Source: a bacterium
GTDB lineage: Bacteria; Patescibacteriota; Minisyncoccia; Phycocordibacterales; JBBTRF01
Length of the DNA stretch: 64,000 nt
Assembly: GCA_037130265.1 (NCBI GenBank)
Contig: JBAXTI010000001.1
Coordinates: forward strand, 32,418 to 96,417
Reading direction: 5' to 3'
This document shows, piece by piece, positions 45,735 to 55,086 of the stretch. Both the position numbers and the translations under genes were made by a program. The notes under the pieces were generated by a model. That model was not told the origin of the DNA. It saw nothing but the letters and a program-made list of their open reading frames with translations, and made no database searches. Position 1 is the stretch's first letter. Each line of letters begins with the position of its first letter.

Positions 45735-45842
45735 AACAAGAGGGTGTGAGTAAGTGGGAACTGCGGAGGCCGACGGGCCGAGCCCGAGCGAAAAGCCTCC
45801 AGGCTTTTGCGTGTGTCCCACTTACTCGCACTCTCTTGTTCT
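45733..45842. repeat. structured intergenic element, copy A: 27 nt inverted-repeat arms around a 56 nt GC-rich core with internal hairpins
   Basis: Arms AGAACAAGAGGGTGTGAGTAAGTGGGA (45733-45759) and TCCCACTTACTCGCACTCTCTTGTTCT (45816-45842). The core is homologous to the reverse complement of 56849-56904. Confidence 0.5.
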
Positions 45843-45861
45843 GAGGTGCTATACTATCGAA

Positions 45862-46635
45862 ATGAAAAAGAAGCGAATGCAATCATTAATCGTCGGAAAC
45901 TGGAAGATGAATCCAGGAAGTGTATTGGAAGCAAAGGATATTGTGGCGAAAGTGAAGCGTGGAACCAAGAGTTTTTTGAAGGCGAAAGTGGTGCTTTGTC
46001 CGCCCTCCTTGTATTTGTCGGAGGTGCAAAAGGCCCTGAATGGGACACGTCTGGCTGCTGGAGTGCAGAATGTGTTTACGGAAGAAGGGGGTTCGTATAC
46101 CGGAGAGGTTTCAGCAAAGCAGGCGGCTTCGTGCGGGGCGACTTACGCTATTATTGGTCATTCTGAGCGCCGAAAGATGGCTGAAACAGATGCTGTTGTC
46201 ACCAAGAAGGCACTTTTGGCGATTCGCAATGGTCTCACGGCGATTGTTTGCATTGGTGAAGCAGAGCGTGACACTCAGGGGAAGTACTTGGCGTTCTTGA
46301 AAGAGCAGATCACGCAGTCGCTCGCTACTTTGTCTGTCGGCGAGTTGAAAAAGCTTGTGATTGCATATGAGCCTGTCTGGACAATTGGCGCGAGTGCCGC
46401 AATGTCACCTGGACAGGTGCATGAGACCGGTATTTATGTCCGCAAGGTACTTTCCGATCTCTATGACCCTGTGTCTGCTTCAAAAGTACCAGTTTTGTAT
46501 GGCGGCTCAGTGAATGCGGAGAATTGTGAGGCGATTCTCAAGGAGGGGGAAGTGGACGGTCTTTTGATTGGCCGAGAAAGCCTTGTTCCTGCCGACTTTA
46601 TTGCTATCGCCAAGATTGCCAATGAGCTCAAATAG
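45862..46635 (+). CDS. tpiA: triosephosphate isomerase
   Basis: NWKMN, IGHSERR, VIAYEPVWAIG-like motifs. Start at the internal ATG (45862). Confidence 0.9.
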   Translation: MKKKRMQSLIVGNWKMNPGSVLEAKDIVAKVKRGTKSFLKAKVVLCPPSLYLSEVQKALNGTRLAAGVQNVFTEEGGSYTGEVSAKQAASCGATYAIIGHSERRKMAETDAVVTKKALLAIRNGLTAIVCIGEAERDTQGKYLAFLKEQITQSLATLSVGELKKLVIAYEPVWTIGASAAMSPGQVHETGIYVRKVLSDLYDPVSASKVPVLYGGSVNAENCEAILKEGEVDGLLIGRESLVPADFIAIAKIANELK

Positions 46636-47776
46636 CTACAAAACACTCGACCAAGCTGGTTCGCTCGCTGGGAAGCGAGTTCTTTTGCGTGCGGATTTAA
46701 ATGTGCCGATTGTAAAAGGGAAGGGTGGTCAATTGGAGGTGCGAGACGATTTTCGAATTCAAAAGTTGCTGCCCACCATCGAATGGTTGAAAAAAGCAGG
46801 TGCGAAAACGGTGGTATTGGCACATATTGAGAGTGTTGAGACTGTGTCGCTTCGGCTCGTGGCTGAGTATGTGAATGAAAAGACCATGGTGACTTTTGTC
46901 GAATCCTTCGACGCACTTTCTGCTCATGCGACGCAGATGAAGAATGGAGACGTCACAATATTGGAAAATCTTCGCATGCTTGATGCAGGTGAGAAGGAAA
47001 ATTCTGTCGATTTCGCCAAAAAGCTCGCACAGTTTGGCGATGTATATGTAAACGAGGCTTTTTCCGTGTCACATCGGCCGCATGCCTCTATTGTTGGACT
47101 GCCGAAGCTCCTCCCGCACTTTGCTGGCCCGCTGCTTGATAGCGAGGTGATGCATTTGTCGCAGGCCTTTCAACCGTTGCGCCCGTTTATTTTCATCCTT
47201 GGTGGTGCGAAATTTGAGACCAAGCTGCCATTGGTCCAGAAATTCCTCACCAAAGCAGATCTTGTGTTTGTCGGTGGTGCCTTGGCGAATGACCTTTTTG
47301 CTCAACGTGGTCTCGAAGTGGGGCAGTCTCTCCGTGCGAAGGGTGCTATCGACCTATCGGCCATCGCTGCGCACCCACGCTGCGCTACACCCGTTGATGT
47401 GTTGGTGAATACACCTGATACATACCCAAAGCTCCCGACCGAGGTGTCTGCGACTGACCGCATTCTCGACTGCGGTCCTGAAACAGTGGATTATTTGAGC
47501 CGCATGCTTCGCACGGCAAAGCTCGTGCTGTGGAATGGTCCACTCGGCGACTATGAAAAAGGTTTTGAACAATCGACCATCGACCTCGCGAAGGCGGTGA
47601 TGAAAAGTTCAGCGCGCGCAGTGCTTGGTGGGGGAGATACGATCGCTGTGCTCTCGAAGGCGGGTCTACTTGAGGCCTGTCTCAGTAACGAACAGATTTT
47701 TGTGTCTACTGGCGGTGGTGCAATGCTCGACTTTTTGGCGAACGGCACGTTGGTGGGCGTTGAGGCGCTTGCGTAG
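46622..47776 (+). CDS. pgk: phosphoglycerate kinase
   Basis: KRVLLRADLNVP, NLRMLDAGEK-like and GGGA...GG motifs. Start ATG 46622 overlaps the tpiA stop. Confidence 0.9.
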   Translation: MSSNSYKTLDQAGSLAGKRVLLRADLNVPIVKGKGGQLEVRDDFRIQKLLPTIEWLKKAGAKTVVLAHIESVETVSLRLVAEYVNEKTMVTFVESFDALSAHATQMKNGDVTILENLRMLDAGEKENSVDFAKKLAQFGDVYVNEAFSVSHRPHASIVGLPKLLPHFAGPLLDSEVMHLSQAFQPLRPFIFILGGAKFETKLPLVQKFLTKADLVFVGGALANDLFAQRGLEVGQSLRAKGAIDLSAIAAHPRCATPVDVLVNTPDTYPKLPTEVSATDRILDCGPETVDYLSRMLRTAKLVLWNGPLGDYEKGFEQSTIDLAKAVMKSSARAVLGGGDTIAVLSKAGLLEACLSNEQIFVSTGGGAMLDFLANGTLVGVEALA

Positions 47777-47784
47777 TAGCCGTA

Positions 47785-48156
47785 CTATTTTCCCATAACT
47801 TCTCGAATCTTTCTTGCGTTTCCTGCGATGTCACTCTTTTCAAATTTCGCACTTGCAACATTGTCTGGAAATACCCAAATATGTGCGTGTGGCACTTCTT
47901 CGCCTACGATCTTCGAAAGCACCATTTCCACGCCAAAGGCTTTTTTCTGGGCCTCAGCTACCTTTTTTACCACTTCAAAATATGCACCAGCATTCGGTAC
48001 GTCCCACACCCATCGGTAGTGTTGCTTTGGGATGACCAGTGTGTGGCCTGGAGATAGAGGACGGATATCGAGAAAGGCGAGAAAGTCCACGTCTTCGTAG
48101 ACAATCTCGGCTGGCACCTCTTTGGCGACAATCTTGCAGAAAATACAGGCATTCAT
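47785..48156 (-). CDS. HIT family (histidine triad) protein
   Basis: CIFCKIV...HTLVIPK...HAHIWVFP. Start at the internal ATG (48156). Confidence 0.8.
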   Translation of the reverse strand: MNACIFCKIVAKEVPAEIVYEDVDFLAFLDIRPLSPGHTLVIPKQHYRWVWDVPNAGAYFEVVKKVAEAQKKAFGVEMVLSKIVGEEVPHAHIWVFPDNVASAKFEKSDIAGNARKIREVMGK

Positions 48157-48238
48157 GGGCAAAAGTATACCATTTTTGGCGACGCTCTGTGGTGGCCGAT
48201 GGTCAATTCGCCAAATCCTGCGTGATATACTTTCCATT

Positions 48239-50080
48239 ATGACTGCTACGGCTGCTAAGGCGAAATACACTGTCCGTCCACCTGTTCCTGCGAAGGTAAA
48301 GAGCGAGCTTGCGGCGTATCCAGACTTTCTTCAACACCTTTTATTTCATCGAGGGATCACGGAGGCAACGGCTGCCGAAGCATTTCTCAATCCCAGCTAC
48401 GAAACCCACACCCATGACCCTTTTTTGCTGAAAGACATGTCAAAATCGGTAAAGCGCGTGCTCGCAGCTATAGAAAAGGGTGAAAAGATCGTTATTTTTA
48501 GCGATTATGATGCCGACGGTATTCCGGGCGGTGTTGTCTTGCATGATTTTTTCAAAAAAATCGGCTACACCAACTTCTCCAACTACATTCCACACCGTCA
48601 CAACGAGGGTTTCGGGCTCAATACTGAAGCCGTTGAAGGTTTTGCGAAGGATAGGGCGAAATTGGTGATCACGATCGACTGCGGTATTGCCGATATTGCC
48701 GAGGTGAAGCGTGGACAGGAGCTGGGAATGGACATGATCGTCACTGACCATCATTTGCCGCTCACGGAAATGAACAAAAAGGGCCAAGAAGTGCCAATGT
48801 TGCCGCCCGCCTTCGCAATTTTGAATCCAAAACAGGACGACTGTGCCTACCCGGAGAAAATGCTCTGTGGTTCAGGGGTGATTTTCAAGTTGGTACAGGC
48901 ATTGGTGAAGGAGTGGCAGAAAAAGGCCAAAAAGGCTGGAAAAGGGGTATCTGATGAGGTTGAAATTGTCGATGGTTGGGAGAAGTGGCTGCTCGACATG
49001 GTCGGAATGGCCACGCTTTCGGATATGGTGCCGCTGACCGGAGAAAACCGTGTATTCGCCTACTATGGCCTCAAGGTGCTGCGAAAGTCACCTCGCGTCG
49101 GTTTGATGAAATTGTTGAGGAAGATCAAGACCGACCAGCGAAATCTCACCGAAGATGATATTGGCTTTACGATCTCCCCACGCATTAACGCAGCTTCTCG
49201 TATGGGCGTGCCGCACGACGCCTTCCGCTTGCTCTCCACGACCGATGAAACGGAGGCAGACCAGCTCAGCGATCACCTGAACCGCATAAATGACGAACGA
49301 AAGGGGATTGTGGCCGCTATGGTGAAGGAAATGAAACATGCTCTCGAGGCTCGGTGGGCGAATGAGGGTGGTGTGGAGCGTCCGAAACCCAAGCTTATTG
49401 TCCTCGGTAATCCAAAATGGAAGCCTGCACTGCTTGGTCTGGCGGCTAATACGCTCATGGAGGCATATTCTTGTCCAGTATTTCTTTGGGGTCGCGATGG
49501 TGAGAATGTTTTGAAAGGTTCCTGTCGGTCCAATGGGGTGAGCCTGCAGGCGTTGATGTGCAAAGTGCCCGGAGCTACCTTGTCTGCCTATGGTGGACAT
49601 GCGTTGGCCGGAGGTTTTGCGGTGACGAATGAAGAAGTGCACAAGCTCGAAGCGGATCTATTGGCAGCGTACGAGATGGTGGATGGTGCAGGCGAGGCGG
49701 ATGGTGCGGAAGATGGTTCTTGTGTAGACGCTTTGATCGCGTTTGATGATGTGAACTGGCAGACTTACGGTATTCTCGAAAAATTAGCGCCATTCGGTAC
49801 GGGCAATCCGAAGCCACTCTTTCTGTTTGAAAATGCGTTGCTACGCGAAGTGAAAGCGTTTGGGAAAGAACGAAACCATATCGAGCTTGGGTTCAGCAAG
49901 ACAAATGGCAACAAAGTTTCGGCAATTGGTTTTTTTAGCACGCCAGAAGATTGGCAGGCCCAATTGGGTGTTGGCCGGAAATTGGCGGTGGGCGAAAGGG
50001 TGCATCTGGTGGCGACTTTGGAAAAATCAACATTCCGTAATTTCCCAGAACTACGTTTGAGGATTGTGGATATATTTTGA
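48239..50080 (+). CDS. recJ: single-stranded-DNA-specific exonuclease RecJ
   Basis: DHH motifs (IFSDYDADG, TDHH) and a DHHA1 domain. Start at ATG 48239, since the track start would overlap the HIT gene. Confidence 0.85.
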   Translation: MTATAAKAKYTVRPPVPAKVKSELAAYPDFLQHLLFHRGITEATAAEAFLNPSYETHTHDPFLLKDMSKSVKRVLAAIEKGEKIVIFSDYDADGIPGGVVLHDFFKKIGYTNFSNYIPHRHNEGFGLNTEAVEGFAKDRAKLVITIDCGIADIAEVKRGQELGMDMIVTDHHLPLTEMNKKGQEVPMLPPAFAILNPKQDDCAYPEKMLCGSGVIFKLVQALVKEWQKKAKKAGKGVSDEVEIVDGWEKWLLDMVGMATLSDMVPLTGENRVFAYYGLKVLRKSPRVGLMKLLRKIKTDQRNLTEDDIGFTISPRINAASRMGVPHDAFRLLSTTDETEADQLSDHLNRINDERKGIVAAMVKEMKHALEARWANEGGVERPKPKLIVLGNPKWKPALLGLAANTLMEAYSCPVFLWGRDGENVLKGSCRSNGVSLQALMCKVPGATLSAYGGHALAGGFAVTNEEVHKLEADLLAAYEMVDGAGEADGAEDGSCVDALIAFDDVNWQTYGILEKLAPFGTGNPKPLFLFENALLREVKAFGKERNHIELGFSKTNGNKVSAIGFFSTPEDWQAQLGVGRKLAVGERVHLVATLEKSTFRNFPELRLRIVDIF

Positions 50081-50892
50081 AACAGTATAATCATTTGAAT
50101 ACAACATCATCACGACCCATGATTATCACTATTTTTACCGATGGCGCATCGCGAGGGAATCCAGGTCCTGGAGGGTGGGGGTTTGTGTCGGTGTATGAGA
50201 AGGCAGATGCGTCGGGTGTTGTTGGACGCTGTGTGAAAGAGGGGGGTGGCGCGGAGCGTGTTGCAACAAACAATCAGATGGAATTGCTCGCTGCGTTGCG
50301 CGCGCTGGAGTATGTATCGACGCAAAAAAAGTCGGGCGCTGTTGTCGCGGACGATGTTGTTGTTCACTCGGATTCAAGCTACATGATCAACGGTATCACC
50401 AAGTGGGTGGCAGGCTGGAAGCGAAAGGGTTGGATCACTTCTACAAAAACTCCCGTAGAAAATCGTGAATTGTGGGAGGGTTTAGACGCAGTCACTGCAC
50501 ACCTAAATGCAGATGGAATACAAGTTCGTTGGCAGTATGTTGGCGGACATATTGGTGTGAAGGGGAATGAACGATGCGATGTGATCGCGACTGCTTTGGC
50601 GACCGGAAAGGAGGTAGTCCCCGCACTTTATAACGGACATTTTTCTGCATACCCAATCGCCGATGTCCTTGATATTTCGCACAGCATGGAAAAGAAAAAA
50701 GATAAGGGTGCTGATCGGTCGCGCAGCAAGGCCACGGCGTACTCATATGTGAGTGCGGTGAATGGAGATGTGCAAACCCATAGGACATGGAAGGAGTGCG
50801 AGGCTCGCGTCAAAGGGGTGCGTGGCGCCCGGTTCAAGAAGGCATTATCGGCAACCGAAGAATCGATTATTTCAACGGAATTTTCAGCATAA
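50077..50892 (+). CDS. rnhA: ribonuclease HI with C-terminal hybrid-binding-like (RNase H1 N-terminal-type) domain
   Basis: RNase H fold (FTDGASRGNPG...NNQMEL...DSSYMINGI). The C-terminus (YSYVSAVNGDVQTHRTWKECEARVKGVRGARFKKALSATEE) resembles the dsRNA/hybrid-binding domain. Confidence 0.75.
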   Translation: MKQYNHLNTTSSRPMIITIFTDGASRGNPGPGGWGFVSVYEKADASGVVGRCVKEGGGAERVATNNQMELLAALRALEYVSTQKKSGAVVADDVVVHSDSSYMINGITKWVAGWKRKGWITSTKTPVENRELWEGLDAVTAHLNADGIQVRWQYVGGHIGVKGNERCDVIATALATGKEVVPALYNGHFSAYPIADVLDISHSMEKKKDKGADRSRSKATAYSYVSAVNGDVQTHRTWKECEARVKGVRGARFKKALSATEESIISTEFSA

Positions 50893-50904
50893 AAGCTCCG
50901 ATTT

Positions 50905-51075
50905 TTGGGCACGTTTTTCCTTTAGAATTTCTTCATAATTTCTTCATAATTTCTTTAGAACTTTTTCATTTTTTCTTCATTTTAATTTTATTCTTTCTTT
51001 AGAATTTCTTTATCTGAAATGAGCGATTTCTTTATCGTTTCTTAGCAGTTTCTCTATCGCCATTTTTGTATACTA
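50905..51075. repeat. AT-rich direct-repeat tract upstream of comEC
   Basis: TTTCTTCATAA x2, CTTTAGAATTTCTT x2, TTTCTTTAGAA variants. Confidence 0.3.
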
Positions 51076-51081
51076 TTTGTC

Positions 51082-52539
51082 ATGGAGTTGGATCCACGAC
51101 TTTGCCTCTTCGGCTTCTTTCTTGGGGTGGCGATTCACTCGCTGACACCGACTCCGTGGTGGCTCGGCATACTCGGTCTATTTGTCTTTGGATGCGTTAC
51201 TCTGGTTATTCAATTCGGTCGAACACGTTGGTCTGGGCGAGTCGTGCACGTGACCGCAGCGTTATTCATCGGTGTTTCACTTGGTGTCATTCGTTACGAT
51301 CTCGCCCGCATGTATGCTCCGAAGAGCGAACTAGACCAGTATCTTGGCCATTCTATACAGCTCACCGGTACGGTGGTCCAGCCTCCTGAAGAGCGCGGTC
51401 AGGTCTGGCGTACCCTGTTTCATCCGGACGGGGCGCGGACCAATATCAGTGTTTCAGTTCCGCTCTATCCGCCGATCAGGTATGGTGACCGTCTTCGACT
51501 TTCTGGAACACTTGTGAAACCAGAAGCCTTTCTTTCTGAAAACGGACGCACTTTCAACTATCCTGAGTACCTCGCGCTCAGTGGGACGTACTACCAAATG
51601 AAGAGAGTTAAGGTGACACATATTGGACATGGAAAAGGGAGTTGGGTGAAAGAAAAATTGTTCTCAATTCGCGAGACTTTTCTTCGACGGATCAGCTCTC
51701 GATTTGCTGAACCGGAGAGTGCTCTTTTGGCAGGTCTTTTAATTGGCGAAAAAAGTTCGCTAGGAAAAGCCCTTGAGGAAGCTTTTCGCAAGGCTGGCGT
51801 GATTCACATTGTCGTATTGTCGGGATTCAATATCACCATCATCGGACAAGCGGTGATGTACCTGCTATCCGGTCTACCGCGTCGGCTCGGTATCGTTTCC
51901 GGCATCGGTTTCATTGTGTTGTTTTCGGTGATGACTGGGGCGACGGCGACCGTGATGCGGTCGACCATTATGGCAGTCATTGCACTGCTTGCTGCCTTTT
52001 TCTATCGAACATACGATGTGCCGCGAGCGCTTTTCTTGGCCGCATTTCTGATGGTGTTATTTGAACCACAAACACTTATGTTTGACCCTTCGTTTCAGTT
52101 GTCCTTTTTGTCGACTATCGGTCTTGTCTATCTATCGCCGATGATCGAGCGGCGTCTCATGTGGTGCAACAAAACGCTACGTGCAATCCTTGTTGCGACA
52201 CTCTCCACACAACTCTTCGTGCTGCCGTATTTGTTGTACTCGATGGGGGACATATCGCTCGTGTCGGTCTTCACCAATCTTGCGATCCTACCAACCATTC
52301 CGTTTGCGATGCTGTTTGGTTTCATTGCGACACTGCTGCCGTTCTCGATTGGTTTATTGCCGACTTCAATCGCCCACGTGTTGCTCGCATACATCTTCGT
52401 GGTTGTTCGATTATTTTCTGATCTGCCACTTTCCACTGTTTCCATACCGTACTTCCCAGGCTGGCTGGTGATAGTATGGTATGGCGTCACTGGCGGATTC
52501 TTGTGGTGGAAATATGGAAGACAACATGAGACAGACTGA
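51082..52539 (+). CDS. comEC: ComEC/Rec2 DNA internalisation channel, membrane (competence) domain
   Basis: Multi-TM protein with the Competence domain (VLSGFNITIIGQAV...MTGATATVMRS). Confidence 0.8.
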   Translation: MELDPRLCLFGFFLGVAIHSLTPTPWWLGILGLFVFGCVTLVIQFGRTRWSGRVVHVTAALFIGVSLGVIRYDLARMYAPKSELDQYLGHSIQLTGTVVQPPEERGQVWRTLFHPDGARTNISVSVPLYPPIRYGDRLRLSGTLVKPEAFLSENGRTFNYPEYLALSGTYYQMKRVKVTHIGHGKGSWVKEKLFSIRETFLRRISSRFAEPESALLAGLLIGEKSSLGKALEEAFRKAGVIHIVVLSGFNITIIGQAVMYLLSGLPRRLGIVSGIGFIVLFSVMTGATATVMRSTIMAVIALLAAFFYRTYDVPRALFLAAFLMVLFEPQTLMFDPSFQLSFLSTIGLVYLSPMIERRLMWCNKTLRAILVATLSTQLFVLPYLLYSMGDISLVSVFTNLAILPTIPFAMLFGFIATLLPFSIGLLPTSIAHVLLAYIFVVVRLFSDLPLSTVSIPYFPGWLVIVWYGVTGGFLWWKYGRQHETD

Positions 52540-53482
52540 ATGGAAAAAATGGGCAGCAAGTTTTCTTGGTATTGCAACGATACTGGCACTTGTGTTAATT
52601 GTTTGGTTTTTTCTTTTCTACACACGCGGTCCAGAGAAGCAGATTACTCGTGATGTTGGAGTTGAAAATATTGCTGCGCCGACAGGCATACTTAAGATTG
52701 CGTTTCTCGACGTTGGGCAAGGGGATGCGATTTTGGTGATTGGTCCAGACGGTACAACCGTACTGTTTGATGGTGGGCCCGATCGTACTTTACTTGCACG
52801 TCTGGGTGAAGTACTCCCATTTTGGCAACATTCAATCGACATGATCGTGATCACTAATCCCGACAAGGATCACATTGCTGGATTCGTCCCGCTGTTGCAA
52901 ACAATGAATGTTGGGGCCGTGCTTGAGCCGGGCACATCGTCTGTTTCCGCGACATATCACACGTTGAAAGACGACATCGTGCTCGCCCAAAAAGAAAATG
53001 GCACGAAGACGCTTATTGCGCGAAAGGGAACTCGTTTCCCGATCGGTGATGGTGCCGAGATCGATATTTTGTTTCCTGATAGAGATGTGTCTGGTTGGAA
53101 AACAAACGATGGTTCGATCATTGCCCGGGTGGTGTATGCGAGTACCTCGGTGTTGCTCACCGGCGACGCTACAAAAAAGACTGAGTCACTTCTCGGTGCG
53201 CTCGATCCCGTCGATATCCTCAAGGTCGGCCACCACGGCTCGCGCACCTCAACCGGTGAGTCGTTTGTCTCTCAACTCACGCCAAAATGGGCCGTCATTT
53301 CTGCCGGATTCCAAAACAAATATGGTCATCCGCATCAGGAGACGCTGAATACGCTCAAGAAATTCGACGTCACTCCGCTCATCACCTCCGAAAAAGGTAC
53401 GATCATCTTTACCTCAGACGGCCGCACCTTCTCTGAGCCGACATTTATTCGTACCAATATTCCGATAAGCAAAAACCGCTGA
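52514..53482 (+). CDS. ComEC C-terminal metallo-beta-lactamase-fold domain encoded as a separate overlapping ORF
   Basis: TM helix then MBL motifs (LDVGQGDAIL, HHGSRTS). Overlaps the end of the preceding ORF by ~26 nt in a different frame. Confidence 0.7.
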   Translation: MEDNMRQTEWKKWAASFLGIATILALVLIVWFFLFYTRGPEKQITRDVGVENIAAPTGILKIAFLDVGQGDAILVIGPDGTTVLFDGGPDRTLLARLGEVLPFWQHSIDMIVITNPDKDHIAGFVPLLQTMNVGAVLEPGTSSVSATYHTLKDDIVLAQKENGTKTLIARKGTRFPIGDGAEIDILFPDRDVSGWKTNDGSIIARVVYASTSVLLTGDATKKTESLLGALDPVDILKVGHHGSRTSTGESFVSQLTPKWAVISAGFQNKYGHPHQETLNTLKKFDVTPLITSEKGTIIFTSDGRTFSEPTFIRTNIPISKNR

Positions 53483-53520
53483 CGAAGCGGTCTTGCATGA
53501 GTAGCGGTCGCGCGTGTATC

Positions 53521-54126
53521 TTATTTAGCCGCTTTCTTAAAATTCTCCTCGATCACTTGCCAATTGAGGTTGGCAAAGAAATCCTCGACGTACTGCTTCT
53601 TGCCGCTCGGCTGATAGTCGGCGACAAAGGAGTGTTCCCACATGTCGAGCGCGAGAACAGGGGAGAGGCCGGTGAGGTGGCCGAGATGTTGCTCGTCCAC
53701 CCAGGCGTTCAAAAGTCGCTTGGTGACAGGGTCGTAGTACATCATTGCCCAACCGATACCTCGAGTGAGGGCGATCGCTTTGAAACGCGCGATCCAGCCG
53801 TCCCATGAACCCCACTCCTCCTCAACGGCTTTCTTCAATGCACTTGCGCCAGCTGTCTCGTCGAGACCCTTCGCACCACCCTCAAATGATCGGAAATAAT
53901 ATTCGTGGTTACGCATACCATCGAATTCAAAGCCAAAGCGGCGCTGCAATTCGCCCAAGGCGTACGCATGCTTTTCACTGTCAGCGCCATACTCTGCAAT
54001 CTTTTCGAGGATAAGGTTCGCGTGCTTTACGTAGCCCGCGTAGAGCTTCAAATGCTCCTCGATAGTTTTTGCCGATATGCCCTTGAGGGCAGGGATGTTG
54101 AATTTTGCTTCTTCAAATTTTTTCAT
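53521..54126 (-). CDS. Fe/Mn superoxide dismutase
   Basis: Spacing of HLKLYAG...NHEYYF...DMWEHSFVADY, the Fe/Mn-SOD signature. Confidence 0.9.
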   Translation of the reverse strand: MKKFEEAKFNIPALKGISAKTIEEHLKLYAGYVKHANLILEKIAEYGADSEKHAYALGELQRRFGFEFDGMRNHEYYFRSFEGGAKGLDETAGASALKKAVEEEWGSWDGWIARFKAIALTRGIGWAMMYYDPVTKRLLNAWVDEQHLGHLTGLSPVLALDMWEHSFVADYQPSGKKQYVEDFFANLNWQVIEENFKKAAK

Positions 54127-54232
54127 ACGGTGATTGTATCATTGTTGAGGAGAGAAATAAAAAAGATGGCACGCGCTGCGCGGGCCACCTGGTTTGCTGG
54201 GAAATCCCTGAACGTGAAAAAGGACGGGCGGA

Positions 54233-54688
54233 TCAGTTTTGATTTCGACGAATCTCGTTGGCGTAGGCAATCCACTGCTGCACCTCGAATTGTTCCCACT
54301 CCCTTTGAAATGTGTCGGTGTGTTCGTCGAGTGCATCGGAGAATCGGTTGAAAATCTGGACGGCTTCAACATGATCCCAACTCGCGTAAGGGTTCTCCTG
54401 CTTCCAGGTTTTGACCTCTTGGTAGAGCGATCGGCACAAATTGCGGGAGTGTTCGGTAGCGTCTGATGCGCTCTTTGTAGTCGAGGGCTTGGGACTGTTG
54501 AGATACACCTCCCGCTTCCGTGTCTTCGGTAGCTTCGGTTCCGTCGGAAACGCGAGCATGGTGAAGCAAAATACCACTGCTATCCGAAGTAGGCTGTTGA
54601 CCCAGCTGGGAAGGAGCTGTCCGCTGTCAGCGAACACCATCAACATTGCCATGCAAACATAACCGCCTACCACGTAGTTGGTTCTCAT
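54233..54688 (-). CDS. hypothetical membrane protein
   Basis: 151 aa with two N-terminal TM helices. Confidence 0.45.
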   Translation of the reverse strand: MRTNYVVGGYVCMAMLMVFADSGQLLPSWVNSLLRIAVVFCFTMLAFPTEPKLPKTRKREVYLNSPKPSTTKSASDATEHSRNLCRSLYQEVKTWKQENPYASWDHVEAVQIFNRFSDALDEHTDTFQREWEQFEVQQWIAYANEIRRNQN

Positions 54689-54756
54689 GATTTGTGGGCT
54701 GTATGGAGTTTTTCCGTCGTTGACCGTCTGAGGTCTATCCTAAACCTGTGTGGAGA

Positions 54757-54999
54757 TTAAATCAACCCCGCTTTCTTCAATGTTGCGTACGCGCCGTTCT
54801 TGTTGATGGTCTTGATCGCCTTGGTAGAAATAGTGAGTCGAATAGACTTCTTCAATTCAGGGATGTAAATAGTCTTCTTCTGGAGGTTCGGATACTTTCG
54901 CACCATTCCGGTAGGGTTGTACTGGGTGGCTCGAGTACGGTTTGAATAACCGCCAGCAACGATTGAGGTCTTTTTAGTGATTGGGCAGATTTTTGCCAT
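54757..54999 (-). CDS. rpmB: 50S ribosomal protein L28
   Basis: MAKICPITKK...GYSNRTRATQYNP. bL28 family. Confidence 0.85.
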   Translation of the reverse strand: MAKICPITKKTSIVAGGYSNRTRATQYNPTGMVRKYPNLQKKTIYIPELKKSIRLTISTKAIKTINKNGAYATLKKAGLI

Positions 55000-55086
55000 G
55001 GGGTTGATTTAGTTCAGCTATGCTATCATATATTGACAAAAGCGCAAGTTTTCACGGCTCTGTGCGATAAATCCGCTCAAACCAAT

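Noticed and set aside
45733-45842. Interpreting the structured elements as integron attC sites
   Set aside because: No R''/L''/L'/R' core (RYYYAAC...GTTRRRY) at the arm ends and no integron integrase nearby.
45754-45861. N-terminal extension of tpiA from the track start 45754 (MGTAEADGPSPSEKPPGF...) and ORF 56722..56913 (-) with a similar peptide
   Set aside because: Both are read-through translations of the two structured repeat-element copies. The peptide similarity simply reflects the nucleotide repeat. tpiA starts at the ATG at 45862.
50905-51075. CRISPR array at the AT-rich repeat tract
   Set aside because: Repeats are 11-17 nt and irregularly spaced and lack the 24-48 nt repeat plus unique spacer architecture. 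No cas genes.
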